NCBI GenBank assembly: GCA_016187725.1
Contig: JACPJE010000043.1
Location: forward strand, 26,086-90,085
Source of the DNA: Candidatus Latescibacterota bacterium
GTDB lineage: Bacteria > Latescibacterota > UBA2968 > UBA8231
Direction: 5' to 3'
Length of the DNA stretch: 64,000 nt
The notes under the pieces are model-generated. The model was not told the origin of the DNA, ran no database searches, and worked only from the letters and a program-made list of their open reading frames with translations. How positions within the stretch are numbered: position 1 is the stretch's first letter; the number at the start of each line of letters is the position of its first letter. A program made the translations under genes and the position numbers. This document shows, piece after piece, positions 1 through 7,842 of this stretch.

Positions 1-1
1 G

Positions 2-214
2 GCCGCCGCCCCGGGCGATGCCCTCGATCCGGCGGTGGAGGCGGGCTACCGCCAGGCAGTGGACCGCCACTGGCCCCAAACCCCGCCCATCGCCCGGGTG
101 GAGCGTTTCGCCTTCTACGAGCAGACCCGCCGCGCCTTTGCGGTGGTGATGACCGGCGAGACGGCCAAATACGGCAACCTCATCCTCAAGAAGGGCGTCA
201 CCCCGGCGGGGTGA
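2..214 (+). CDS. 3' end of an unidentified protein-coding gene (partial, runs off the window start)
   Basis: Uninterrupted frame from base 2 to TGA at 212-214. The C-terminus reads ...[36 protein letters not shown]. No family recognised by eye. Confidence 0.4.
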   Translation, partial: AAAPGDALDPAVEAGYRQAVDRHWPQTPPIARVERFAFYEQTRRAFAVVMTGETAKYGNLILKKGVTPAG

Positions 215-230
215 AACGTCCTGGGCCGTC

Positions 231-626
231 ATGTTGACCGAAGCCGATACCTGCCGGAAACTCGTTGTCCCAAAGCTGCAGGCAGTCGGCTGGGACGAGG
301 AACCCCATACCATCGCCGAGCAGCGGACCATCACCGATGGGCGCATTGTGCCCCAGGGCAAGGGTTTTGTGCGCAAGCCGCCCCGACGGGTGGATTATCT
401 GCTCTGCTACACCCGAGATTTTCCGCTGGCAGTGGTGGAGGCCAAGGCAGTGTACAAAGCGGCCGCAGACGGGCTGCAGCAGGCCAAGAATTACGCTGAG
501 ATGCTCGGTTTGAAGTTCGCCTATGCCACCAATGGACACGAGGTCATCGAGTTCGATTACTTCACTTATCGCGCATTATCCCGTATGCCTGCGTTCTCGG
601 TCGATGCCTGGCATGGGGTCTGGTAG
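231..626 (+). pseudogene. Type I restriction enzyme HsdR N-terminal (PD-(D/E)xK nuclease, HSDR_N-like) stub, truncated before the helicase motor
   Basis: 131-aa ORF. TEADTCRKLVVPKLQAVGW..RRVDYLL..PLAVVEAKA..GLQQAKNYAEMLGLKFAYATNGHEVIEFD matches the conserved N-terminus of HsdR/Res subunits, which are normally 800-1100 aa. Similarity ends near nt 565-575 and the ORF stops at 626. Confidence 0.6.
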
Positions 627-695
627 CTGCCGCTGAACTCGATGCCTTGCTGCCGTCCATCCGTCTGTATGAAGTTCCTTCTGCGCCCCTCCTCC

Positions 696-1373
696 TCAGA
701 TCCAGAACACCACGTTGTCGGTCATCCCCGTAAAATAGTCGATCATCAGCCACAGCCCGGCGACGGCGAACTGCCCGGCGATCAGCCCCAGGAAGAAGGG
801 GCGGGTGCGGTGGTAGAGCTGCGACCCCCCGTACCTGATCACCGCCAGTTTGAGCAACCAGGCGATGGCGATGCTCAGCCATATCTGGTTGGTCAGCCAG
901 GTGATGGCGATGAGATAGCCCAGCGGGTGCAGGGGCCACCAGGGCAGCTGATGGCAGGCCAGCATCAGCAGCCCCATGACCAGGGCCCCGGTGGCGGTGT
1001 GCGCCCAGCCGCTCCAGTCGGGCCCGATGGGGGTGATCAGCTTGTCGGCCGTGTACTCGAAGGGCAGCTGGCAGCCCGGGCCGAAGAACCACTGATTGAG
1101 GTTGATGCCCCCGTACTGGTAGGCCAGGTGCAGCAGGGTGATGGTCGAGGCGCCCAGGCCGAGCAGGAGCGCCAGTCCCATGGCCCAGAGCAGGGGGCGC
1201 AACCGCGCACCCAGGTACTCGCCCAGTTTGAGCCCGTGGGCGCAGGAAGCCAGCACAAAGGTGCGGATGTCCCCCTGCCAGATATAGGTGAAGGCCAGGC
1301 ACACCATGCCCGCCGGTCCCAGCGCGCCCACGGCAAAGGCCCTGGCGGTGAAAACTTGCCCAGCTCTTTTCAT
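696..1373 (-). CDS. Polytopic membrane protein; resembles only the C-terminal domain (DUF6784-like, from memory) of larger DUF6785/DUF6784 membrane proteins
   Basis: 225-aa ORF with multiple hydrophobic helices. C-terminal WWPLHPLGY..IRYGG..YHRTRPFFLGLIAGQF motif. Possibly 5'-truncated relative to the family. Confidence 0.55.
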   Translation of the reverse strand: MKRAGQVFTARAFAVGALGPAGMVCLAFTYIWQGDIRTFVLASCAHGLKLGEYLGARLRPLLWAMGLALLLGLGASTITLLHLAYQYGGINLNQWFFGPGCQLPFEYTADKLITPIGPDWSGWAHTATGALVMGLLMLACHQLPWWPLHPLGYLIAITWLTNQIWLSIAIAWLLKLAVIRYGGSQLYHRTRPFFLGLIAGQFAVAGLWLMIDYFTGMTDNVVFWI

Positions 1374-1473
1374 AGGGCCTTAAGATAACACGCGCCGAGG
1401 GAGACTGCCGCACGCATTGATAGGGGGGACCGAGGGCCGTATATTGCAGGAAATCCGAAAGGAGACTGAGGCG

Positions 1474-2412
1474 ATGGAACTGGAGAAGAACTGCTGTCCG
1501 CGGCGGCGCTGGGGCAAGACCGGGCTCTCCATTCCGGTGATCCCCTTCGGCACCCAGGGCTTTGGCAACAACTTCGGCCCAGTCAGCGACGAGGAGGCCT
1601 GCCGCCTGATCCGCAGGGCCGTGGACCTGGGAGTCAACCACTTCGACTGCGCCCGCTGCTACGGGGATTCGCTGCGCAAGCTGGGGGTGGCCATCAAGGG
1701 GGGGGTGGTAAAACGCGAGGAGCTGATCATCAGCGGCCGGGTCTGCTGCCACAGCGGGGCCCAGTGGGGCGGATACGGGCAGGGCACCCCCGATTATTCG
1801 GCGGTCAGGGTGCTGGCCGACGTGGAGGACCAGTTGGGCATCCTGGGCATCGGGCGCTTCGACGTGCTCTTCGTCCACGACCCACCGGCCATCGAGCCTA
1901 CCTTGGAAGTGGGGGGCACCCTTGAAGGCCTGGAGCAGACCCGCCAGCGGGGCTGGGTGGACTGGATCGGCTACGGCATGAACCCCCACCCCTTCCACCT
2001 GCAGGCCATCGCTTCGGGCCGCATCGACGCGCTCCTGTGTTTCAGCGACTATAACTTGTTGAGACAGAGCGCCGCCCAGGACATCCTGCCGGCAGCGGCC
2101 ACCGCAGGCCTGGGGGTGCTCAACGGCTGGTCCATCATGCGCGGGTACCTCACCGGCACGCCGGTGGAGAAGTTCGTACCGCGCGAGAAGTGGGGGAAGG
2201 ACCACGAGCGGGCCGAGGCCATGCGGAACTGGTGCGAGGCGCGCGGGGTGCCGCTCTTGCGCCTGGCCCTGCACTTCTGCCTGCGCGAGGAGCGCATCCA
2301 CGGCAATCCCATCGGCAGCCTGAACATCGAGCAGCTCGAAAAGAACGTGGCCGCGGTGCTGGAGCCTCTGCCTCCCGAGGTGTTCGCAGAATTTGCAGCG
2401 GCGGGGCTGTGA
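1474..2412 (+). CDS. Aldo/keto reductase family oxidoreductase
   Basis: ATG 1474 is preceded by AAAGGAG (1458-1464). RRWGKTGLSIPVIPFGTQGFG..RRAVDLGVNHFDCARCYGDS is a typical AKR N-terminus. The TTG 1417 extension in the track is judged non-coding. Confidence 0.85.
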   Translation: MELEKNCCPRRRWGKTGLSIPVIPFGTQGFGNNFGPVSDEEACRLIRRAVDLGVNHFDCARCYGDSLRKLGVAIKGGVVKREELIISGRVCCHSGAQWGGYGQGTPDYSAVRVLADVEDQLGILGIGRFDVLFVHDPPAIEPTLEVGGTLEGLEQTRQRGWVDWIGYGMNPHPFHLQAIASGRIDALLCFSDYNLLRQSAAQDILPAAATAGLGVLNGWSIMRGYLTGTPVEKFVPREKWGKDHERAEAMRNWCEARGVPLLRLALHFCLREERIHGNPIGSLNIEQLEKNVAAVLEPLPPEVFAEFAAAGL

Positions 2413-2460
2413 TGGCTGCCTACATCACCGGCGCCACCCTCGACGTGAACGGGGGGATCC

Positions 2461-3057
2461 TCAAACGCTAGGCCGGGACCAGAGCTTTTTCAGCAGGGGG
2501 GCCAGCAGCATGAGGACCAGCAGGACGACCACCCCGGCGAAGATGGTGAGGTAGTGCTCGCCCAACAGATCTGCGGCCCGGACTCCGTAGTGCAGGCCCA
2601 GGTACCAGGCCACCCCGTAGCGCAGGGTGCGGCCCAGGACCACGGCCAGGAGCAGGCGCTGCCATTTCATGCCCAGTACCCCGGCCGAGAGCACAAAGAT
2701 CTTGGTGGGAAAGGGAGGGGGACCCAGGGCCGCGGCAAAGATAGCGGCGAACTCGTAGCGCTCCAGCTTCTGCCGCACCCATTCCCGTTTTTCCGCCCCG
2801 CCGAAACGCGTCAGCAGCGGCTCGCCGCCGCGCCGGCCCACATAGTAGAGGATCATACAGCCCAGGGTCGAACCGGCCACCGTGCCGGCCAGCAGCCACA
2901 GGCCGGTGGCCTGGGAGAAATTGGGGATCATCAGCAGCAGCAGCACGTCCGGACCCCCAAAAGTGGGCATGCCGGCCGAGTCGAGGATGGAGAGCACGAT
3001 GACCCCGACCGGACCCAGACCTGAGAGAAAGTCCTGTAACGGTTCTAGGTAATCCAT
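2461..3057 (-). CDS. DedA/VTT-domain (YqaA-like) membrane protein
   Basis: 198 aa with several TM helices. Core GRRGGEPLLTRFGG..W..LERYEFAAIFAAALGPPPFPTKIF is typical of the DedA/SNARE-associated family. Confidence 0.8.
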   Translation of the reverse strand: MDYLEPLQDFLSGLGPVGVIVLSILDSAGMPTFGGPDVLLLLMIPNFSQATGLWLLAGTVAGSTLGCMILYYVGRRGGEPLLTRFGGAEKREWVRQKLERYEFAAIFAAALGPPPFPTKIFVLSAGVLGMKWQRLLLAVVLGRTLRYGVAWYLGLHYGVRAADLLGEHYLTIFAGVVVLLVLMLLAPLLKKLWSRPSV

Positions 3058-3114
3058 GTTTGAACTATAACCCGCCTGCGCTTATTATTGGAGAACCTTT
3101 TCCCCCCGGAGCCC

Positions 3115-3681
3115 ATGCAAGAGCGAGTGCCCATCCGCGCCGAAGCCCTGGAACTGCTGCTCCAGCACAACAGCAATCCTTCGCTGATCAACCACGCCAA
3201 GGCGGTCGAGGCGGTGATGCGCTATCTGGCCCGCAAGTGGGGGGAGGACGAGGAGAAGTGGGGCGTGATCGGCCTGGTCCACGACCTGGACTACGAGCGC
3301 TATCCGGAGGTACACTGTAAAAAGACACAAGAACTGCTCGAAGTCAATGGCTGGCCCGCCGAGTACGTGCGGGCCGTGCTCTCCCACGGCTGGGGGATCT
3401 GCACCGAGGTGGAGCCGCAGAGCCGGCTCGAAAAGACCCTCTACACCATCGACGAACTGACCGGCCTGGTGACTGCCTGCGCCCTGGTGCGGCCCTCGCG
3501 CAGCGTGCGGGACCTGGAGGTCAGCTCGGTGAAGAAGAAGTGGAAGGATAAGGGCTTTGCCGCCGGGGTGAACCGCGAGGTGGTCGCCAGGGGGGCGGCG
3601 ATGATGGGCATGGAACTGGACCAGGTCATCGCCGAGGTGATCGCGGGGATGCGGGAGTCGGCGGACGAATTGGGGCTTTAA
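3115..3681 (+). CDS. HD-domain metal-dependent phosphohydrolase
   Basis: HAKAVEAVMRYLA...GLVHDLDYE (H..HD motif), about 190 aa. ATG 3115 preferred over the TTG 3088 start in the track; the start is uncertain. Confidence 0.8.
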   Translation: MQERVPIRAEALELLLQHNSNPSLINHAKAVEAVMRYLARKWGEDEEKWGVIGLVHDLDYERYPEVHCKKTQELLEVNGWPAEYVRAVLSHGWGICTEVEPQSRLEKTLYTIDELTGLVTACALVRPSRSVRDLEVSSVKKKWKDKGFAAGVNREVVARGAAMMGMELDQVIAEVIAGMRESADELGL

Positions 3682-3697
3682 CAACAAGGGAACAGCT

Positions 3698-4894
3698 ATG
3701 GCCAAGCGACCCAAGGTGGCGGCCATCGCCACCGTCTATCACAAGTACTCCCACGCCCAGCACATCGTCGACCGGTTCCTGGAGGGCTACGGCTGGAATA
3801 GCCGGCACCACCGGCCGCCCATGGATCTGGTCTCGCTCTACGTGGACCAGGTCAATCCCGAGAACGACCTGAGCGCTGACCGGGCGCGGCGTTTCCCGCA
3901 GCTGAAGATCTATCCCACCATCGCCGACGCCCTCACCCTGGGCACTTCTTCCCTGGCGGTGGACGGGGTGGTGCTGATCGGCGAACACGGCAACTACCAG
4001 ACCAATGCCAAGGGGCAGCGCCAGTACCCGCGCTACGAGTTCTTCAAGCAGATTGCCGCGGTGTACCGGCTCAGCGGCCGTTCGGCCCCGGTCTTCAACG
4101 ACAAACACCTCTCCTGGAAGTGGGAATGGGCCAAGGAGATGTACGACCTGTCGCGGGAGCTGGATTTCGGCTTCATGGCCGGTTCCTCCCTGCCGGTGAC
4201 CTGGCGCACCCCGGCCCTCGACCTGCCCTGGGGCGCCGAGGTGGAGGAGGGGATGTGTGTGGGGTACGGAGGGGTGGATTCCTACGACTTCCACGCCCTG
4301 GAGACCCTGCAGTGTATGGTGGAGCGGCGGGCAGGGGGCGAGAGCGGCGTCAAATGGGTGCAGGCGTACCGGGGGGACAGTTTCTGGAAGGCGCACCACG
4401 AGCGGCTCTGGTCGCGCGAACTCTTCGAGGCGGGGCTCTCCCGCAGCCACACCATTGCCCCGGGGCGGGCCGGCTTCAACGACGTATTCCCCACCATCGA
4501 CGAGCTGAAACAGTTGGTCAAGGACCCCATCGCCTATCAGTACGAGCACCGCGACGGGCTCAAGTCCACCATGATCCTGCTCAATGGCCTGATCCAGGAC
4601 TTCAACTTCGCCGGCCGGCTCAAGGGCCGAGCCGAGCCCTTCTCCACCCAGATGTACCTGCCCATGCCGCCGGCCCGCACCAGCTTGGCCAATTTCTTCA
4701 CCCCCCAGGTCAATCACATCGAGGCCCTGATCCTCACCGGCAAGTCCCCGTACCCGGTGGAGCGCACCCTGCTGACCAGCGGCCTGGTGGAGGCGGGGGT
4801 GGACAGTCTGCATCAGGAGCAGAGACGCATCGAAACCCCCCATCTGGAGGTGATGTACCAGGCACCGAAGGAATCGACTTTCTGGAGAACATAG
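3698..4894 (+). CDS. Conserved hypothetical protein, paralog A of an uncharacterised ~400-aa family
   Basis: 398-aa ORF with normal codon bias. It shares long motifs with 5396-6586 (IATVY..SHAQH..DRF, GEHG.Y..N.KGQ..YPRYEFFK, NDKHLS, AGSSLPVTWR, HALE..QCM.ERR.GGE.GVK). A 27-nt identical DNA stretch, ggccggttcctccctgccggtgacctgg, occurs in both. Confidence 0.75.
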   Translation: MAKRPKVAAIATVYHKYSHAQHIVDRFLEGYGWNSRHHRPPMDLVSLYVDQVNPENDLSADRARRFPQLKIYPTIADALTLGTSSLAVDGVVLIGEHGNYQTNAKGQRQYPRYEFFKQIAAVYRLSGRSAPVFNDKHLSWKWEWAKEMYDLSRELDFGFMAGSSLPVTWRTPALDLPWGAEVEEGMCVGYGGVDSYDFHALETLQCMVERRAGGESGVKWVQAYRGDSFWKAHHERLWSRELFEAGLSRSHTIAPGRAGFNDVFPTIDELKQLVKDPIAYQYEHRDGLKSTMILLNGLIQDFNFAGRLKGRAEPFSTQMYLPMPPARTSLANFFTPQVNHIEALILTGKSPYPVERTLLTSGLVEAGVDSLHQEQRRIETPHLEVMYQAPKESTFWRT

Positions 4895-4902
4895 TCGGAG
4901 TT

Positions 4903-5136
4903 ATGCCGACAGTTGTCATCGAAGGATACAAGTTCCGGTTCTATTCTTCCGATGTGAACGAGCCACCGCACTTCCATATTTTGCGCGGAGAATGCGAGGC
5001 CAAGATCTGGCTGCAGCCGGTAGTGGTGGAATACAATCGCGGCTATAACCGCGCCGAACTCAACCACGTCCTCAGGTTGACCCGTCAGCATCAGGTCAGA
5101 CTATTGGAGGTTTGGAATGAGTACTTCAGCAAGTAA
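4903..5136 (+). CDS. DUF4160 domain protein
   Basis: 77 aa, MPTVVIEGYKFRFYSSDVNEPPHFHILRGECEAKIWL, with the PPHFH motif typical of DUF4160. Markedly lower GC than the flanks. Confidence 0.8.
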   Translation: MPTVVIEGYKFRFYSSDVNEPPHFHILRGECEAKIWLQPVVVEYNRGYNRAELNHVLRLTRQHQVRLLEVWNEYFSK

Positions 5137-5383
5137 TATTGCCGAGCATGTCAGTGCGACTGAGGTGCGATTTGAGGGCAATATTTTGTATGTAACCCTG
5201 AGTGACAGTCGCCAGATCAGCGTGCCCTTAGAGAATGTACCGTGGCTGAAATGGTTGAACTCCGCCACTCCAGAACAGAGAGCCAGGTGGTCTCTTGAGC
5301 CTGGTGGTCTTGCTATCTACTGGGGCGAATTGGACGATGGCCTAGAGATCAGCCATCTATTGAGCATGCAACCGCTAATCTGA
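5117..5383 (+). CDS. DUF2442 domain protein
   Basis: 88 aa. ..VRFEGNILYVTLSDSRQISVPL..LAIYWGELDDGLEISHLL fits DUF2442. It overlaps the DUF4160 gene by 20 nt, the usual arrangement of this pair. Confidence 0.8.
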   Translation: MSTSASNIAEHVSATEVRFEGNILYVTLSDSRQISVPLENVPWLKWLNSATPEQRARWSLEPGGLAIYWGELDDGLEISHLLSMQPLI

Positions 5384-5395
5384 CTAGGGGAAAAC

Positions 5396-6586
5396 ATGGC
5401 TGATACAGCACCCAAGCGCATCGCGGTCATCGCCACGGTCTACACCTACTTATCTCACGCCCAGCATTTTGCCGACCGTTTCGTGGTGGGCTACCCCTAC
5501 GGAGGGCGTTGGCACCGGCCCAATACGCGCATCGTCTCTCTGTACGTGGATCAGAAGCCAGCCGGGGACCAGAGCGTGGACCGGGCGCGGGAGTTCGGCT
5601 TCGAGGTCTACCCCACCATCGCCCAGGCCCTGCGCTGCGGGGGGGACCAACTCGCGGTGGACGCGGTGCTGATCGTCGGGGAGCACGGCCAGTACCCGCG
5701 CAACGAGAAGGGGCAGGTGCTGTACCCGCGCTACGAGTTCTTCAAGGAGTGCGTCGAGGTCTTCGAGCAGGAGGGCCGGGCGGTGCCGGTGTACAATGAC
5801 AAGCACCTCTCCTACAGCTTTGCCAAGGCCAAGGAGATGGTGGATGACGGCCACCGCCTGAAGTTTCCTATGCTGGCCGGTTCCTCCCTGCCGGTGACCT
5901 GGAGGCTGCCGGATCTGGAGCTGCCCCTGGACTGCCAGATCGAGGAGGCCCTGATGGTGGGGGTGGGCGGCTCGGACGCCATGGATTACCACGCCCTGGA
6001 GGCCATGCAGTGCATGATCGAGCGGCGGCAGGGCGGCGAGACCGGGGTAAAGTCGGTGCAGCTGATCCAGGGGGACGAGGTGTGGGAGGCCGGCAAGGGG
6101 AAGCGCTGGTCTGAGGAACTGCTGGAGGCAGCCCTGTCGCGCAGCGACAGTCCGCAGGGGTTGACCATCGAGGACGGCCGCACCCAGGACCTGCTGGGCA
6201 ACGGGGAGTTGCCCAAGCTGGTGAAGGAGCCGGCTGCCTATTTCATCGAACACAACGACGGGTTGCGCACCACCCTGCTGATGCTCAACGGCGCGGTGGC
6301 CGACTACTGCTTTGCCGCCAAGCTCAAGGGGGAATCGACGCCGGTCTCCAACCAGTTCTTCCTGTCGCCGGTGCCCAATGTGACCTATTCGGCCTGTCTG
6401 GTGGCCAAGATCGAGGAGATGATCCTCACGGGCAAGGCGCCTTTCCCGGCGGAGCGCACGCTGATTGTCTGCGGGGCGCTGGAGAGCTGTCTGGAATCGA
6501 AGGTGCAGGGCAACAAGAAACTGGACACGCCCCACCTGAAGGTGGTGTACCAGGCGCCGGCCGAGTCGCATCACGCGCGTTTCTGA
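5396..6586 (+). CDS. Conserved hypothetical protein, paralog B of the same uncharacterised family
   Basis: 396 aa, collinear with 3698-4894 over its full length (roughly half of positions identical by eye). Confidence 0.75.
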   Translation: MADTAPKRIAVIATVYTYLSHAQHFADRFVVGYPYGGRWHRPNTRIVSLYVDQKPAGDQSVDRAREFGFEVYPTIAQALRCGGDQLAVDAVLIVGEHGQYPRNEKGQVLYPRYEFFKECVEVFEQEGRAVPVYNDKHLSYSFAKAKEMVDDGHRLKFPMLAGSSLPVTWRLPDLELPLDCQIEEALMVGVGGSDAMDYHALEAMQCMIERRQGGETGVKSVQLIQGDEVWEAGKGKRWSEELLEAALSRSDSPQGLTIEDGRTQDLLGNGELPKLVKEPAAYFIEHNDGLRTTLLMLNGAVADYCFAAKLKGESTPVSNQFFLSPVPNVTYSACLVAKIEEMILTGKAPFPAERTLIVCGALESCLESKVQGNKKLDTPHLKVVYQAPAESHHARF

Positions 6587-6587
6587 C

Positions 6588-7745
6588 GTGTCAGGGCGGC
6601 AGTCCTATCTGGAAGTGCTGTGCGCTGAGCCTTTCCGGGTTTTCTTTCCGCTGGGGTGGCTGTGCAGTCTGGTGGGGGTTTCCCATTGGCTGTGGTATTA
6701 CCTCGGCTGGATAGACAGGTACTCGGGGTTCTACCACGGGCTTTTCCAGATCCAGGGCTTTGAGCTGGCCTTTGCCGCCGGCTTTCTGATGACGGCCATG
6801 CCCCGCTTCCTGGAGACGCCGGGGGCGCGGCCCTGGGAACTGGCCCTGGGCGTGTTGCTCCTGCTCGGCGGGGCAGTGGGGCTCTATCTGGGAGACCAGG
6901 TGTGGTCGCTGGGTGGCCTGCTGGCCATGCTCCTCTTTCTGATCGTCTTTGCCGGTCGCCGCTTTCCCCGCCGACGCGACAATCCTCCTCCTGCCTTTGT
7001 GTTCGTGGCCTTTGGCCTGCTCTGCGGCCTGGCCGGGGTGCTGCTTTTGTGGTGGCCGGCGGCAGATTTTCCCCAATTGGGCCAGCGGCTGCTGGAGCAG
7101 GGGCTGCTCCTGGGGCTGATCATGGCAGTGGGCAGCTACCTGGGGCCGCGGCTTTTGTACGGGCGGCACGAGGACCCCGTTACCCAGGGCCCGGCAGCGG
7201 GCCGCCGGCTGGCGGTGTTTGCCCTGGCCGGGCTGGCGCTGGCTGCCAGCTTCCTAGTGGAGGCGGGGGGAGCGGCAGAGGCGGGCAGGCTGCTGCGGGC
7301 GGCGGTGGTCACCGCGCATCTGTTGGTAGCGGTGGGCATCTACCGGCTGCCGGTGCGCCGGTGGCATCTGTATCTATTATGGCTCTCCTTCTGGTGCGTA
7401 CCAGGGGGATTGTGGCTGGCCAGCCTCTTTCCCGAGCACGAACTGCAGACCCTGCACCTGACCTTTGTAGGGGGCTTCGGGTCCATGACCCTGGTCATCG
7501 CCACCCGGGTGATCGTCGCCCACTGCGGTTTCGAGCGGTACTGGGACCAGAACACCTGGCCGCTGGCGGTCCTGACGCTTTGTTTCGCGCTGGCCCTGGT
7601 GACCCGGGTCAGCGCCGAGTTCTTCCTCGACTACTATTTCGGGATGCTGCATATGGCCGCTGGGTACTGGCTGATCGGGGCCCTGGTCTGGGGGCTGGTG
7701 TTCGTGCCCAAGATGATGCCCTGGCACGTGGCGGCCGAGGGCTGA
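6588..7745 (+). CDS. NnrS family membrane protein
   Basis: 385 aa and highly hydrophobic. N-terminal EPFRVFFPLGW and FQIQGFELAFAAGFLMTAMPRF motifs are typical of NnrS. GTG start lies 1 nt after the upstream stop. Confidence 0.75.
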   Translation: MSGRQSYLEVLCAEPFRVFFPLGWLCSLVGVSHWLWYYLGWIDRYSGFYHGLFQIQGFELAFAAGFLMTAMPRFLETPGARPWELALGVLLLLGGAVGLYLGDQVWSLGGLLAMLLFLIVFAGRRFPRRRDNPPPAFVFVAFGLLCGLAGVLLLWWPAADFPQLGQRLLEQGLLLGLIMAVGSYLGPRLLYGRHEDPVTQGPAAGRRLAVFALAGLALAASFLVEAGGAAEAGRLLRAAVVTAHLLVAVGIYRLPVRRWHLYLLWLSFWCVPGGLWLASLFPEHELQTLHLTFVGGFGSMTLVIATRVIVAHCGFERYWDQNTWPLAVLTLCFALALVTRVSAEFFLDYYFGMLHMAAGYWLIGALVWGLVFVPKMMPWHVAAEG

Positions 7746-7764
7746 GGGCCGGCTGGAACCAGAC

Positions 7765-7805
7765 AAAAGGGGTAGCCCCGGTGTTCCGGGACCACCCCCT
7801 TTTTT
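7765..7805. terminator. Bidirectional intrinsic terminator between convergent NnrS and propeller genes
   Basis: AAAAGGGGTAG-CCCGGtgttCCGGG-ACCACCCCCTTTTTT: nested GC stems flanked by an A-run on one side and a T-run on the other. Confidence 0.5.
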
Positions 7806-7842
7806 AGTTGCGCCGCGATCCTTTCAGCCCCTGGACCTCAGC

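Noticed and set aside
562-2301. 579-aa minus-strand ORF spanning the HsdR stub end, the membrane gene and most of the aldo/keto reductase gene.
   Set aside because: Its composition is Pro/Arg/Gly/Ala-rich low-complexity. It is antisense or out of frame to ORFs with clear family signatures. It is a typical shadow ORF of stop-poor high-GC DNA.
4895-5395. I looked for terminal inverted or direct repeats, an integrase or a transposase around the low-GC cassette, and for mobile elements anywhere in the window.
   Set aside because: I could find none by eye, so no mobile_element feature is claimed. The cassette is reported only as a compositional island.
3626-6574. Long minus-strand ORFs (3626-4843 and 5450-6574) antisense to the two paralog genes.
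   Set aside because: No recognisable motifs and extreme Gly/Pro/Arg/His content. The plus-strand ORFs are mutually homologous over their full length, which fixes the coding strand.
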